Positions 9,838-19,132 of a stretch of 64,000 nucleotides of DNA are shown one piece after another. The stretch covers positions 4,352-68,351 of the forward strand of contig JBAZWW010000003.1 of NCBI GenBank assembly GCA_041660165.1. The letters are read 5' to 3'. Under the pieces are notes generated by a model that worked only from the letters and a program-made list of their open reading frames with translations, was not told the DNA's origin and did no database searches. The stretch is from Patescibacteria group bacterium (lineage in GTDB: Bacteria > Patescibacteriota > Patescibacteriia > UBA9934). Within the stretch, counting starts at the first letter, position 1. The number at the start of each line of letters is the position of its first letter. The position numbers and the translations under genes were made by a program.

Positions 9838-9872
9838 AAACAAAAAACCTCCTACAAATTAGGAGATTTTCT
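9838..9872 (-). terminator. Rho-independent terminator downstream of tRNA-Ala
   Basis: Hairpin AACCTCCTacaaatTAGGAGATT; on the minus strand it is followed by TTTTTTG. Confidence 0.4.
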
Positions 9873-9873
9873 A

Positions 9874-9949
9874 TGGTGGACCAATGGGGATTCGAACCCC
9901 AGGCCTCAGCAATGCGAATGCTGCGCTCTACCAACTGAGCTATTGGCCC
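9874..9949 (-). tRNA. tRNA-Ala (anticodon CGC)
   Basis: Reverse complement is GGGCCAATAGCTCAGTTGGTAGAGCGCAGCATTCGCATTGCTGAGGCCTGGGGTTCGAATCCCCATTGGTCCACCA. It folds as a cloverleaf with a G3:U70 Ala identity pair. Anticodon loop is TTCGCAT. TTCGAAT T-loop and encoded CCA are present. Confidence 0.85.
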
Positions 9950-10104
9950 GTATATTGGCTAGTACTAGCGATTCCTTATGACAAGACTGGATAAAATTTT
10001 TCCCAGCTAGGCGCCGACGAGTGAGGACCAAAACGTATCCGTAGGATACGTAGAGGTCCGAACGACAGAGGCGACAACGCTGGGGAATATTTTAGACAGT
10101 CTTA

Positions 10105-10180
10105 TGGTGCCCCCGCCCGGAATTGAACCAGGATCTAAGGCTTAGGAAGCCCCTGTTCTATCCAATTGAACTACGGGAGC
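10105..10180 (-). tRNA. tRNA-Arg (anticodon CCT)
   Basis: Reverse complement is GCTCCCGTAGTTCAATTGGATAGAACAGGGGCTTCCTAAGCCTTAGATCCTGGTTCAATTCCGGGCGGGGGCACCA. Anticodon loop TTCCTAA, T-loop TTCAATT, encoded CCA. Confidence 0.8.
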
Positions 10181-10295
10181 ATACCCACAACCCCTCTCAC
10201 CTCAATACCGAGTGTCGTAAAACACATTTCTCACATGCTATACTGTGCATTCGTCGCGGAAAGAGTATAAACAAAGCACATAGCCTGGTCAACGT

Positions 10296-11414
10296 ATGCA
10301 ACCTGAAATTATCATCGTTATTATACTTCTCTTAGGACTTATTGGTGCAGTTATTGCGCTATATTTGAAGCTCAGCAATTCGTCCCAGTCGAAATCAGTC
10401 AGTGATCTCACCACTCGCCTCCAAGAAATGCGCGAGGAGCTCCAGCGTTCGCATTTTGAATCACGCACGGAGATGCAAATGCAATTGACTCGAGTGAATG
10501 ACAATGTTTACAAAGGACTGTCCGACTCACAGAAAACAATTCAGTCGCAATTCTCGCAGACATCGAAAATTATTGAGGACATCACCGCTAAACTGACCAC
10601 ACTTGATAACACGAACAAACAGGTGCTGGATTTTTCGTCGCAGTTGCAGAGCTTGCAAAACATTTTAAAGAATCCGAAACAGCGCGGAGTAGTTGGCGAG
10701 TATTGGCTGGAGGCATTACTCGGCAACGTTCTGCCAAAAGACTCCTATCAGATGCAGTATCACATGGGCACGGATGAAAATACCGGCAAGGAGCTCATTG
10801 CTGACGCAGTAATTTTCATTCGCGATCAAATCATTCCTATTGATGCAAAGTTTTCCTTGGAAAATTACAATCGCATCATGGAGGAACAAGATGCGGTGAA
10901 GCGCGAGCAGCTTGAAAAGGATTTGAAGACAGACATCAAGCTTCGGATTGATGAAACTGCAAAATACATCCAGCCACAGAAGGGGACCATGAATTTTTCG
11001 TTCATGTTTTTACCGGCAGAAGGCGTCTATTACAACTTGATGAATGCGGAGATAGGCAGTGGAATCAATAGCCGGAGCCTCATTGAGTATGCATTCGCAA
11101 AACACGTCATGATCGTCTCGCCTACGTCTTTCTTCGCGTATTTACAAACGGTCTTGCTTGGCATGCGTGAATTACAACTAGAAAAATCAACGCAGGATAT
11201 TTTGAAGCGCGTGGCAGATCTTGGGAAACATGTCCGTTCATATGCCGAGTGTCATGACAAAATCGGCAAACAACTCGCTACGGTAGTGGGGAACTACAAC
11301 GTCTCATCAAACGAGCTCAAAAAAGTCCACAAGGACGCGCTAAAAATTACTTCGGGCGACATGGATGATTTGATCGAGGTAGAACTCGTTGAGAAACCAC
11401 TACTTGAGGGGTAA
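10296..11414 (+). CDS. rmuC: DNA recombination protein RmuC
   Basis: 372 aa with N-terminal TM helix and coiled-coil. Conserved RmuC core: GVVGEYWLEALLGNVLP...IIPIDAKFSLENY...NFSFMFLPAEGVYY. Confidence 0.8.
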   Translation: MQPEIIIVIILLLGLIGAVIALYLKLSNSSQSKSVSDLTTRLQEMREELQRSHFESRTEMQMQLTRVNDNVYKGLSDSQKTIQSQFSQTSKIIEDITAKLTTLDNTNKQVLDFSSQLQSLQNILKNPKQRGVVGEYWLEALLGNVLPKDSYQMQYHMGTDENTGKELIADAVIFIRDQIIPIDAKFSLENYNRIMEEQDAVKREQLEKDLKTDIKLRIDETAKYIQPQKGTMNFSFMFLPAEGVYYNLMNAEIGSGINSRSLIEYAFAKHVMIVSPTSFFAYLQTVLLGMRELQLEKSTQDILKRVADLGKHVRSYAECHDKIGKQLATVVGNYNVSSNELKKVHKDALKITSGDMDDLIEVELVEKPLLEG

Positions 11415-11462
11415 TGTAGATTGACACAGATCAATGCGCGGGACAGATTTTACACAGATTAC

Positions 11463-11492
11463 AAAAGCGCAGGATCGCTCCCGCGCTTTTTG
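11463..11492. terminator. Bidirectional rho-independent terminator between convergent rmuC and rpsT
   Basis: AAAAGCGCaggatcgctcccGCGCTTTTTG hairpin flanked by A- and T-runs. It is embedded in ACACAGAT-motif inverted repeats (11419-11545). Confidence 0.5.
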
Positions 11493-11546
11493 CATCTGAT
11501 CTGTGACAATCTGTCGCACCATTCGAGATCTATGTAAATCTACTAC

Positions 11547-11813
11547 TTACTTCTTCGCTTTTGCCAGCGCTTTCATGGCTCGGCTCTTCACACGGTCAAC
11601 GGTGTTGGCTTTCATGAGGTTCTTACCGGCGGCCTTGTCCAAAACCTGGTTCAAATCGGCCATGAGCTTCTCTGCTTCTGCAAACTTTTTCTCTTCAAGC
11701 AATTTACGGAAGCTCCTTCGAATGTACTCAATCTTGGCGCGTCCATTGGCATTTCTCTCAGCACGTACCAGGGCCTGACGGAACGCTTTCTTCGCATTAT
11801 CCAAATTTGGCAT
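11547..11813 (-). CDS. rpsT: 30S ribosomal protein S20
   Basis: Internal Met of ORF 11547..11927 gives MPNLDNAKKAFRQALVRAERNANGRAK...LDKAAGKNLMKANTVDRVKSRAMKALAKAKK, a classic S20 sequence of 88 aa. Confidence 0.8.
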   Translation of the reverse strand: MPNLDNAKKAFRQALVRAERNANGRAKIEYIRRSFRKLLEEKKFAEAEKLMADLNQVLDKAAGKNLMKANTVDRVKSRAMKALAKAKK

Positions 11814-11933
11814 AGATTTTCTTACGGTCGCATTGGCGCCGTAGCAGTCGAGACGATGCTCGACCAGTGATTTAGTGAGGGGAATATAGCGGAAAAGGGC
11901 AGGTGAGTCAAGAAACCCTGGCCCCAATTCTAC

Positions 11934-11953
11934 CCCTCCTCACGTCGGGGTGG
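11934..11953. repeat. Short GC-rich intergenic repeat CCCCTCCTCACGTCGGGGTGG (type 2)
   Basis: Near-identical copies at 16348-16369 and 33686-33706. Confidence 0.5.
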
Positions 11954-11987
11954 AAAACTGAAACCCGCACATGGAACTGGTAAACAA

Positions 11988-12959
11988 CTAAATCAGCCAC
12001 TCGCTCACCAAGCGATCAACGGAAATATCTGATTTGATGCCAGATTTCATGCCAAGGTCTAGTTTTTGGGCGAGTTCGTGGGTTTTAGTGAGATCGGCCA
12101 TGGTCCAGGCTCTTACCTCGCCCAGGAGTTTTTGCGCCACAAATGGGTGAACGGATAGGGAAGTGGCGATGTCCTGTTTTTGCGCCGTAGGCTTTTCGTC
12201 TAGGACTGCTCGCGCTTGGAGCAAAAGTCGAACTTGCCGAAGTAACATGCCGAACAGTTGAAAATCCTCCGCGCCTGCTTTTCTCTCGGCAAATAACTTT
12301 TCAAGGGCTTTTCGAGGAACCGGCGAGGCGAGCGCATCCATAAAACCAAAGATATCGGCCTCATAATCCGTTCGCACCAGGAGATCAACCATCTCCATGG
12401 TCACAGATTCCTTTCCGGCATAGGCCGAGAGTTTATGAAGCTCGGCGTCTGTTCTCCAAGCATCGTCCTTCGTGCGTCGCAGGATTTCGTCGAGGATACT
12501 CGGCGCCATGACGAGTCCAAGTTTCACCACACGCTCGCGCGCCCAGGCTACAAGCTCGGCGCCCGCGAGTCTTGGCAGGGGGTAGGTGTGCACGTTCGGC
12601 AACGTCGATAATGTTTTGCCGAGTTCTTTTTTATCAAAAGCCTCTGGAGCCAAGTCGTCGAGAAAAATCACCACACTCGACTCCGGCGTCCTCGTGAATC
12701 CCTCGATCCACGGTTTTGACTCGGCCTTGGTAATGGCCTCGACCAAGTTATGAATGACGACCAGTCGTTTCTCGGACAAAAACGGCGAGGCTTGAACGGC
12801 CTGCATAATCGGCCCCGGCTCAAGATCTGCCTTGGTCCCAACTACAAATTCATCCACGTTCATACCAGTGGGATCGTATTTCTCCAGGAATTTCTGTTTG
12901 AGATCATCCGCGCGCTCCTTTACCCGCAAATGATCATCACCGTAGACAAAAAGCAACAT
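11988..12959 (-). CDS. holA: DNA polymerase III subunit delta
   Basis: ORF 11988..13001; likely start at MLLFVYGDDHLRVKERADDL. HolA-like architecture with YGDD.L motif at the N-terminus; about 323 aa. Confidence 0.65.
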   Translation of the reverse strand: MLLFVYGDDHLRVKERADDLKQKFLEKYDPTGMNVDEFVVGTKADLEPGPIMQAVQASPFLSEKRLVVIHNLVEAITKAESKPWIEGFTRTPESSVVIFLDDLAPEAFDKKELGKTLSTLPNVHTYPLPRLAGAELVAWARERVVKLGLVMAPSILDEILRRTKDDAWRTDAELHKLSAYAGKESVTMEMVDLLVRTDYEADIFGFMDALASPVPRKALEKLFAERKAGAEDFQLFGMLLRQVRLLLQARAVLDEKPTAQKQDIATSLSVHPFVAQKLLGEVRAWTMADLTKTHELAQKLDLGMKSGIKSDISVDRLVSEWLI

Positions 12960-13070
12960 ATGGCTGTAGGAGTCGACCCATGCGTCGACCCAACTGGTCA
13001 TATGAAAACACGTTTGACCGAGAAGGGGAAGACGGGATAGGGTGGTCTTCGTTCACCCCTTGGAGGTTTC

Positions 13071-13721
13071 ATGGCCCTGTCAGACGTTGAGGTTCGCCGG
13101 CTCCTTGCGGACTTAAGCGCGCGCCGGGCCACGGTCCGGGCGCTCTATGAGAACGGCATGGCGTTGATTGATATCATTGACGTCATGTGTTCTCTCGGTT
13201 CATCAGCCACCACCACGCGCCGGGATATCACACTCGCAAAGGAAACCTGCGATGCCGAGTACGATGATGCAACCTTTGCCAGACTTCTCGTGCTCCTGGC
13301 CATTCTGACGGTGAATGGGGAGTTCGATGATATGAGTGAGGATGCCGTTGCCCTGTGCCGGGAGGCGCTTGAGGAGTTTTTCCACCTCCGCAGATACCTC
13401 GGATTCATACAGGGATCCGTAAGAACTGCTGGTCTGGAGCGCGGAATAAACGCACACGCCGGAGATCCTCAAGTAATTTGGTTCAAAGCACTGTTAGGCA
13501 TCCTGAAACGCTGGGGCGAAGAAGAGACTGCCTCCAATGCGACGCATGAATTGGAATTAGAGGTCTGCAGAGTTTGCATCCTGGCCGTAGAAGAACAAAT
13601 AGCAGAAAGAGCGAAAGAGGCCTCCCTCAAGACCGCGGGAGAGAAACCATCGCAAGCCGATATTCACGATGCCATCGTCAAACTGGCTATCCTCGGGGCA
13701 GGAGAAACCGGAGAGGCGTGA
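13071..13721 (+). CDS. Hypothetical protein (GC-rich block)
   Basis: 216-aa ORF with no recognisable domain. Local GC is about 60%, well above the window average. Confidence 0.35.
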   Translation: MALSDVEVRRLLADLSARRATVRALYENGMALIDIIDVMCSLGSSATTTRRDITLAKETCDAEYDDATFARLLVLLAILTVNGEFDDMSEDAVALCREALEEFFHLRRYLGFIQGSVRTAGLERGINAHAGDPQVIWFKALLGILKRWGEEETASNATHELELEVCRVCILAVEEQIAERAKEASLKTAGEKPSQADIHDAIVKLAILGAGETGEA

Positions 13722-13807
13722 GGGACAATCGTCATGATACGCCGGGCCCGCGGGGACCGGCGTATCGTTGTTTTTATACTCGGCCAACGTGTACAATTTG
13801 GATAACT

Positions 13808-14326
13808 ATGCATCCCATCATTGCCATTGTGGCCCCAAGCGGGGCCGGGAAGACCACGCTGATTGATAGAGCAATTGCCCGGCTCCCGGACAAAATTGGC
13901 CGAATAATTTCTTTCACTACCAGGCCTCAAAGAACCGAGGCAGACACACTGTGGTATGAATTTGTTTCTCGCGAAGAAGTCGAAAAACGAAAAACTGCCG
14001 GCCTAGTGGTGCAACTTATCGAGTTCAATGGCCACATCTACGGCACCGATCGTCCGCATATAAAGCAGGTTCTCGAACATAAAATCGGCATCCTCGCCGT
14101 AGTCGAACACGGCATTCAAACCTACATTGACGCCGGCATTCCGCTCATTGTCATCAAACTAGAACCCAAAGGCTTTACCCAGCCAGCAAGCCGAATAGCA
14201 GCTGACGAACTCCGCGCCCGAATCCCAATCCACATTGATAAAACCATCAAAAACGACTTTGCCCTCGGCGGATTAGAAAAAGCAACTGAGGAACTGGTGA
14301 GCTACATCGAGTCGTTGTCATCCTGA
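13808..14326 (+). CDS. gmk: Guanylate kinase
   Basis: MHPIIAIVAPSGAGKTTLI (P-loop) ... SFTTRPQRTEADTLWYEFVSREEVE ... GHIYGT match Gmk signatures. Internal ATG of ORF 13574..14326. Confidence 0.75.
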   Translation: MHPIIAIVAPSGAGKTTLIDRAIARLPDKIGRIISFTTRPQRTEADTLWYEFVSREEVEKRKTAGLVVQLIEFNGHIYGTDRPHIKQVLEHKIGILAVVEHGIQTYIDAGIPLIVIKLEPKGFTQPASRIAADELRARIPIHIDKTIKNDFALGGLEKATEELVSYIESLSS

Positions 14327-14415
14327 GGCCGTCCGACGGCCGAAGGATCTGATTGGTCAAAATTACAAACGGCCCAGGGACGATTTCCCCGAGCCGCTAC
14401 ACGATATACGTCTGT

Positions 14416-14871
14416 TCATTTTGGGACACGAAATGTGACTGGAGGATGGTAATCTTTTGATATATTTACCCACCGCCCATCCTCGTATCCAAGCGCGTGT
14501 TTAGGGAGCTCAGAAACCTGTATCGGGCCGACAATCGCAATAGGTTCGTGTCCTGGAGGGTTGAATCCCTTCCAAGTACTACCAAGGATCGCGATGTAGC
14601 CGCATGTCGTAGGTCGATCATCATTATCCACGATAATGACCAGACGTTCATTCCACGCCACCTTGGGCAGTGAGTTGAACGCTTCAACCGGGACTCGTAC
14701 GCCATTGATGATTCGGTACATGTCGATACCGCCAAAATCCTTATTTACAACTTCAACACTGGCACGAATTGCTCCTTCCGGCATATTTCCTTCCAGCGTT
14801 TCGACGATATCGGCACGGCCATTAATCGCTACAACCTTAAATTGCGGCATGTTGCTCACCCAAGGTTTCAA
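14416..14871 (-). CDS. Hypothetical protein
   Basis: 151-aa ORF with diverse composition and no recognised domain. It lies in a GC-rich islet downstream of gmk. Confidence 0.45.
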   Translation of the reverse strand: MKPWVSNMPQFKVVAINGRADIVETLEGNMPEGAIRASVEVVNKDFGGIDMYRIINGVRVPVEAFNSLPKVAWNERLVIIVDNDDRPTTCGYIAILGSTWKGFNPPGHEPIAIVGPIQVSELPKHALGYEDGRWVNISKDYHPPVTFRVPK

Positions 14872-14944
14872 TTGACCCGCAGAACCGCCGAAACATTCAG
14901 CAGTTCTGGTGGGGGCGCAAGCCGAGCTTGCGCCAGGGGAAGAA

Positions 14945-15418
14945 TCAGCGAAGCTTCAAGGCTCCTTTCTGATACAACTCCGCGATCGCGCGTTCGATTT
15001 CGCCGCGCATCTCGGGCGGGGTCTCGAGACGGAAGGCAGTAGACTTCCAACCGGTGACCCAACCGTCGGCGCTGATCTGGCCGGCGGCAGTCACCGAGTA
15101 GTTACACCGGCCGTACTGCTCCATGGAAATGGTGTGGATCTTCGATCGCGCGTCATCGATCGACTCAGCCCGCATCTTGAACGCGGCGTAGAGCTCCGAG
15201 TGATCGTTGATCGGCCCGATCACGAGCTGACCGTCAACGACGAGAAACTTATATGCGCAGTTTCGATCGTTCCAGACGAGTCCGTCCAACGTTTCGCAAA
15301 AAGTCTTGATGACCCCAAGCGCACAGACTCTATCGATGCCCTCGAGAATGGCAATATTCACGTGTCCTCCAAGAAGTGGATGCGTCGACTGATCTGGGCG
15401 ATCGTCAACTGAGCACAA
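14945..15418 (-). CDS. Hypothetical protein
   Basis: 157-aa ORF preferred over the Arg-rich antisense ORF 14909..15412. GC-rich; no recognised domain. Confidence 0.4.
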   Translation of the reverse strand: MCSVDDRPDQSTHPLLGGHVNIAILEGIDRVCALGVIKTFCETLDGLVWNDRNCAYKFLVVDGQLVIGPINDHSELYAAFKMRAESIDDARSKIHTISMEQYGRCNYSVTAAGQISADGWVTGWKSTAFRLETPPEMRGEIERAIAELYQKGALKLR

Positions 15419-15518
15419 TACACGCGGGTTACACTATTGTCAATCACGTTTGGCTTAGACTAGCCATGATTTGACATGATGTAATGGGTATGTTTACAAT
15501 GTACTCAAATACCCCTCT

Positions 15519-16292
15519 ATGCTTAGCCAAAACGAAGTGCAGGAAATTGTGACAGATTCATTGAAGAAACTGGGGGTAGGGGAGCAAGAGGGAAGGCTGT
15601 ACATTCTTTCGCTCAAAGTTGGGCCGGCGTCCGTGGCCACGCTCGCCACACAGCTCGGCGTATCCCGCCCGCAGGCGTATAAGCTCATTGGCGAGCTGGA
15701 AAAGTTCGGTTTGGCTAATTATTCGGGGAGAAAAAAGTTTTCGCGCACATTTATTGTTGAATCGCCGTCCAAGCTTCAAGAACTCCTGCGCAAACATCAG
15801 CAACTGACCGTCCAAACAGATCAGCGTCTCACCTTTTCGATGCCTGATCTCCTTGCCATGTACCAACAGGGCGAATTGCCGACTTCGGTTCGAATAATTC
15901 AAGACAAAGAAAACTTCCTAAAGCTCTTTTTCCAAACGATTGAAGAAACGAACGAATCCTGCTGGCTTGGCTCTGCGCACGACTTTATTGGCTTCATTTC
16001 TTGGGCAGAGGAGCGAAAATGGATCGCCGAACGGATTCGACGAGCCGTGCGCGTTCGGGTGTTGCTCCTGCCGAGTGAGGAAGCCGAAGGCTTCAAGAAA
16101 ACTGACGCCGAAGAATTCCGCGAGACTCGAATCCTCGATGATGCCGAACCGTTTGAAACTCTCTATCAAGTCTTTGCCAACAAAATAATCATGTGGCAAC
16201 CAAAAACACCCGTCGCCATTCTTATTGAGGATGAATACCTCGCCAAGATGATGAAGAGTGTTTTCGAGTTATTGTGGGCGCGGGCGAAGTGA
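15519..16292 (+). CDS. TrmB-family HTH transcriptional regulator (paralog 1)
   Basis: N-terminal winged-helix region LGVGEQEGRLYILSLKVGPASVATLATQLGVSRPQAYKLIGELEKFGL is typical of TrmB regulators; 257 aa. Confidence 0.65.
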   Translation: MLSQNEVQEIVTDSLKKLGVGEQEGRLYILSLKVGPASVATLATQLGVSRPQAYKLIGELEKFGLANYSGRKKFSRTFIVESPSKLQELLRKHQQLTVQTDQRLTFSMPDLLAMYQQGELPTSVRIIQDKENFLKLFFQTIEETNESCWLGSAHDFIGFISWAEERKWIAERIRRAVRVRVLLLPSEEAEGFKKTDAEEFRETRILDDAEPFETLYQVFANKIIMWQPKTPVAILIEDEYLAKMMKSVFELLWARAK

Positions 16293-16347
16293 CGCTAGCC
16301 TCATCCCGCTCTACTTGGCAATCCCATCCCGAATGGCATCCTTGCTA

Positions 16348-16369
16348 CCCCTCCTCGCGTCGGGGTGGG
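16348..16369. repeat. GC-rich intergenic repeat (type 2 copy)
   Basis: CCCCTCCTCGCGTCGGGGTGGG. Confidence 0.5.
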
Positions 16370-16380
16370 AACCACTAGTG

Positions 16381-16430
16381 ATCGCCTCATCCTGATTACC
16401 AATCAGATCCTTCGCTCCGCTCAGGATGAC
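16381..16430. repeat. Palindromic MITE/REP-like intergenic repeat (type 1, partial left arm)
   Basis: cctCATCCTGAttaccAATCAGATCCTTCGCTCCGCTCAGGATGAC. Same family as 32302-32373, 45224-45253, 45554-45580 and 49459-49492. Confidence 0.6.
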
Positions 16431-16454
16431 AACATGCGCATGGCTCAGAATGAC

Positions 16455-19097
16455 TCATTCAATCTCCCCCCATCTCTTTCCAGTAGCCGTATCAACTACA
16501 AGCGGGATTTCCAGCCTTACTACGTCAGCCATCAGCTTTGGTACCTCGGCTTTCACGGCCTCAACGTCATCATGGTGAACTTCGAACACGAGTTCATCAT
16601 GCACCTGAAGGAGCATCTTCACGCGCAGTTTGCTTGATCTGATCCATTTATCAATTTTGATCATGGCCATTTTGATGATGTCTGCGTTTGTTCCCTGAAC
16701 CGGCATGTTCATGGCCATTCTTTCACTCGACGCAACCAGCTGGGGCATGCCCGATTGAATATCCGGCAAGTATCTCCTTCGACCGAACATCGTCTCGACA
16801 TATCCATCAACTCGCGCCTTCATCTTCGACGCATCAATAAACGCAGCGATGCCCGGATGGACCGCAAAGTATCTGTCGATGAAGTCCTTCGCTTCTTCAT
16901 AGCTCATGCCGATCCGGCGAGACAATGCTCGCGCACCTACGCCGTAAAGAATTGAAAAATTCGTGGCCTTCGCCGCCTCGCGCTGTTCCTTTGTCACCTT
17001 GTCTTCGTCGATGCCGAGAATATCGGCCGCGGTTCGGCGATGGATGTCAGCTCCTTCCTTAAAGGCTTTCAAAAATGGCTCGTCTTGGGCGAGCACAGCC
17101 GCAAGTCGAAGCTCAATCTGCGAATAATCGGCCGAGAGAAGTACATATCCTCGATCAGCAATGAAGGCGCTCCGGATCTCACGTCCAAGCTCAGACCGGA
17201 CCGGAATGTTCTGCACGTTCGGATTCATTGAGGACAAGCGTCCAGTAGCGGCAACGGTTTGGTTAAACGTCGTGTGAATTCTGCCATCCTTCGCCACAAG
17301 TTGTGGCAGGGAATCAGCGTAAGTGCTCTTGAGCTTCGCGATCTCTCGGTACTCGCCGACAAGCGGAATGATCTCATGCTCGTCCTCAAGTTTTTCAAGC
17401 TCTGGCGCCGCCGTCGAAAATCCGGTCTTCGTCTTCTTGATACCCTTCGTCGGCAAGCCGAGGTCTATGAACAAAATGTCAGCGAGTTGAGAAGGGGATT
17501 GGATGTTGAAATCCCTACCAGCGAGCTTATGAATCTTCGTTGTCAGCTTGCCGAGGGTTTTCTCAAACTCGCTTGAAAGCGAAACAAGCTTTTCCTGATC
17601 AACCGCGATGCCATCAAGCTCCATCTGGAACAACACCGGGATCAACGGCATTTCAATCTCCTCGAAAAGTTTCTGCATCCCCTCAGCCTTCACTTTCTTT
17701 TCAAGTTTTTCTTTTAAATGAATCAGGTGCGGAGCAAGCTCGTCAATCGGCGCATCCTCGGTTAGCTGTTGGCCGAGTGTCTCATTAATGACTTCGACGA
17801 ATGCAAGCTCGCGACCTCCTGGCGCCAAGAGATAGGCTGCCACCATAGTGTCGAAGATCGTTTTCGACCGAAGTTCGGCGAGCACATCAATGCCCATTTT
17901 CTGAAACACGTGATACGTAGCCTTGAGATCATGACCGATAATCATGTCCGCCCGCGAAAGCACCGCCATCACTCGCCGGGCTTCCTCCGCATTCACCTGA
18001 CTGCTCTTCCAATAGTGGTGCCCATCCGTCAGCACAATGCCGAGTGGCGATACCCCAAACAAATCCTGCTGTCCCTCCTGCAACAGAATCCCGATCTGCG
18101 AGAGATCAAGCTCGTTCAGCTCCTTCACGGCTTTTTTTCCGGCGGATCCGGGTCCGGCTTTGCCGAAAACTTTTTCAACTTTTTCAACTATCCCCGCCTC
18201 GCCCTTCTCGTCTCCCTTCTCCTCATATTTCTGAACGAGCTTCTTAAACTCAAGCCCTCGAAACAGCTCAAGCAATTTCTGCACATCCGCCGGTTTCATC
18301 TCGGATTCCTCGTACGAAAACTCAGGAATTTTCATGTCGCGCACGATCGTTACCATCTTGCGCATGAGCTCGACATTTTTCTCCTGGCCATGAAACTTCT
18401 TTTCATACCTATGTTGCAACATGCCCTCATGAAGCGCCTTCATGATCCCATCAACAGTTTTGTAGGACGACAAAAGCTCGCCGGCACCCTTCTCACCTAT
18501 CCCCTCGATCCCTGGCAAGTTATCGGATGTGTCGCCGATCAAGGTTTTCAAGTCGATCAACTGGTTCGGATTCAAGTTATATCTACTCTGCACTGCCGTT
18601 ACGTCGTATAATTTCACCTCGGACAAACCTTTGACGAAGAAAACAACCTTCGTATTCGGTGAGACGAGTTGCAACGCATCAAGGTCACCGGTCACGATCA
18701 AGGTATCAATATCGCCCCGTTCCTCATTCATCGCCGAGACGGTGCCAAGGATGTCATCGCCCTCAAATCCTTTGACTGAAAGTGAAGGAATTCCGTACGC
18801 CGTAAGAATTTCCTGAATAATCGGAATCTGTGCGTACAATTCGTCCGCTTTCTTCTCTCGATGCGCCTTGTACGGCGCATAAGCAACGTTGCGAAACGTT
18901 CCACCCGGCAAATCCCAAGCCACAGCCATGTAATCCGGCTTGTAAGCACCGAGCATTTTCTCGATAACATTGGTAAAACCGTAAACGGCATTGACCACTC
19001 GACCATCCGCGGTCGTTAGTGGGGGAATGGCGTGCCAGGCTCGATGTAAGAGTGCATTACCGTCCAGAATCAAAAATGTTTTTCGTGGGTTTGACAT
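16455..19097 (-). CDS. polA: DNA polymerase I
   Basis: 880 aa. 5'-3' exonuclease N-terminus (FLILDGNALLHRAWHAIP), a 3'-5' exonuclease-like middle region, and family A polymerase motifs (RRTAADILGI...KATNFSILYG, QVHDELVFEV). Confidence 0.9.
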   Translation of the reverse strand: MSNPRKTFLILDGNALLHRAWHAIPPLTTADGRVVNAVYGFTNVIEKMLGAYKPDYMAVAWDLPGGTFRNVAYAPYKAHREKKADELYAQIPIIQEILTAYGIPSLSVKGFEGDDILGTVSAMNEERGDIDTLIVTGDLDALQLVSPNTKVVFFVKGLSEVKLYDVTAVQSRYNLNPNQLIDLKTLIGDTSDNLPGIEGIGEKGAGELLSSYKTVDGIMKALHEGMLQHRYEKKFHGQEKNVELMRKMVTIVRDMKIPEFSYEESEMKPADVQKLLELFRGLEFKKLVQKYEEKGDEKGEAGIVEKVEKVFGKAGPGSAGKKAVKELNELDLSQIGILLQEGQQDLFGVSPLGIVLTDGHHYWKSSQVNAEEARRVMAVLSRADMIIGHDLKATYHVFQKMGIDVLAELRSKTIFDTMVAAYLLAPGGRELAFVEVINETLGQQLTEDAPIDELAPHLIHLKEKLEKKVKAEGMQKLFEEIEMPLIPVLFQMELDGIAVDQEKLVSLSSEFEKTLGKLTTKIHKLAGRDFNIQSPSQLADILFIDLGLPTKGIKKTKTGFSTAAPELEKLEDEHEIIPLVGEYREIAKLKSTYADSLPQLVAKDGRIHTTFNQTVAATGRLSSMNPNVQNIPVRSELGREIRSAFIADRGYVLLSADYSQIELRLAAVLAQDEPFLKAFKEGADIHRRTAADILGIDEDKVTKEQREAAKATNFSILYGVGARALSRRIGMSYEEAKDFIDRYFAVHPGIAAFIDASKMKARVDGYVETMFGRRRYLPDIQSGMPQLVASSERMAMNMPVQGTNADIIKMAMIKIDKWIRSSKLRVKMLLQVHDELVFEVHHDDVEAVKAEVPKLMADVVRLEIPLVVDTATGKRWGEIE

Positions 19098-19132
19098 AGG
19101 GGCTTTAGTCTAGGAACATCATACGCGACTCT

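Noticed and set aside
14909-15412. 167-aa plus-strand ORF overlapping the 14945..15418 minus ORF
   Set aside because: Its Arg/Gly-rich composition is typical of the antisense strand of GC-rich coding DNA. The minus-strand frame reads as a more natural protein.
17040-18816. Several plus-strand ORFs (for example 17769..18611, 280 aa) within polA
   Set aside because: They lie entirely inside the well-supported 880-aa DNA polymerase I gene on the opposite strand.
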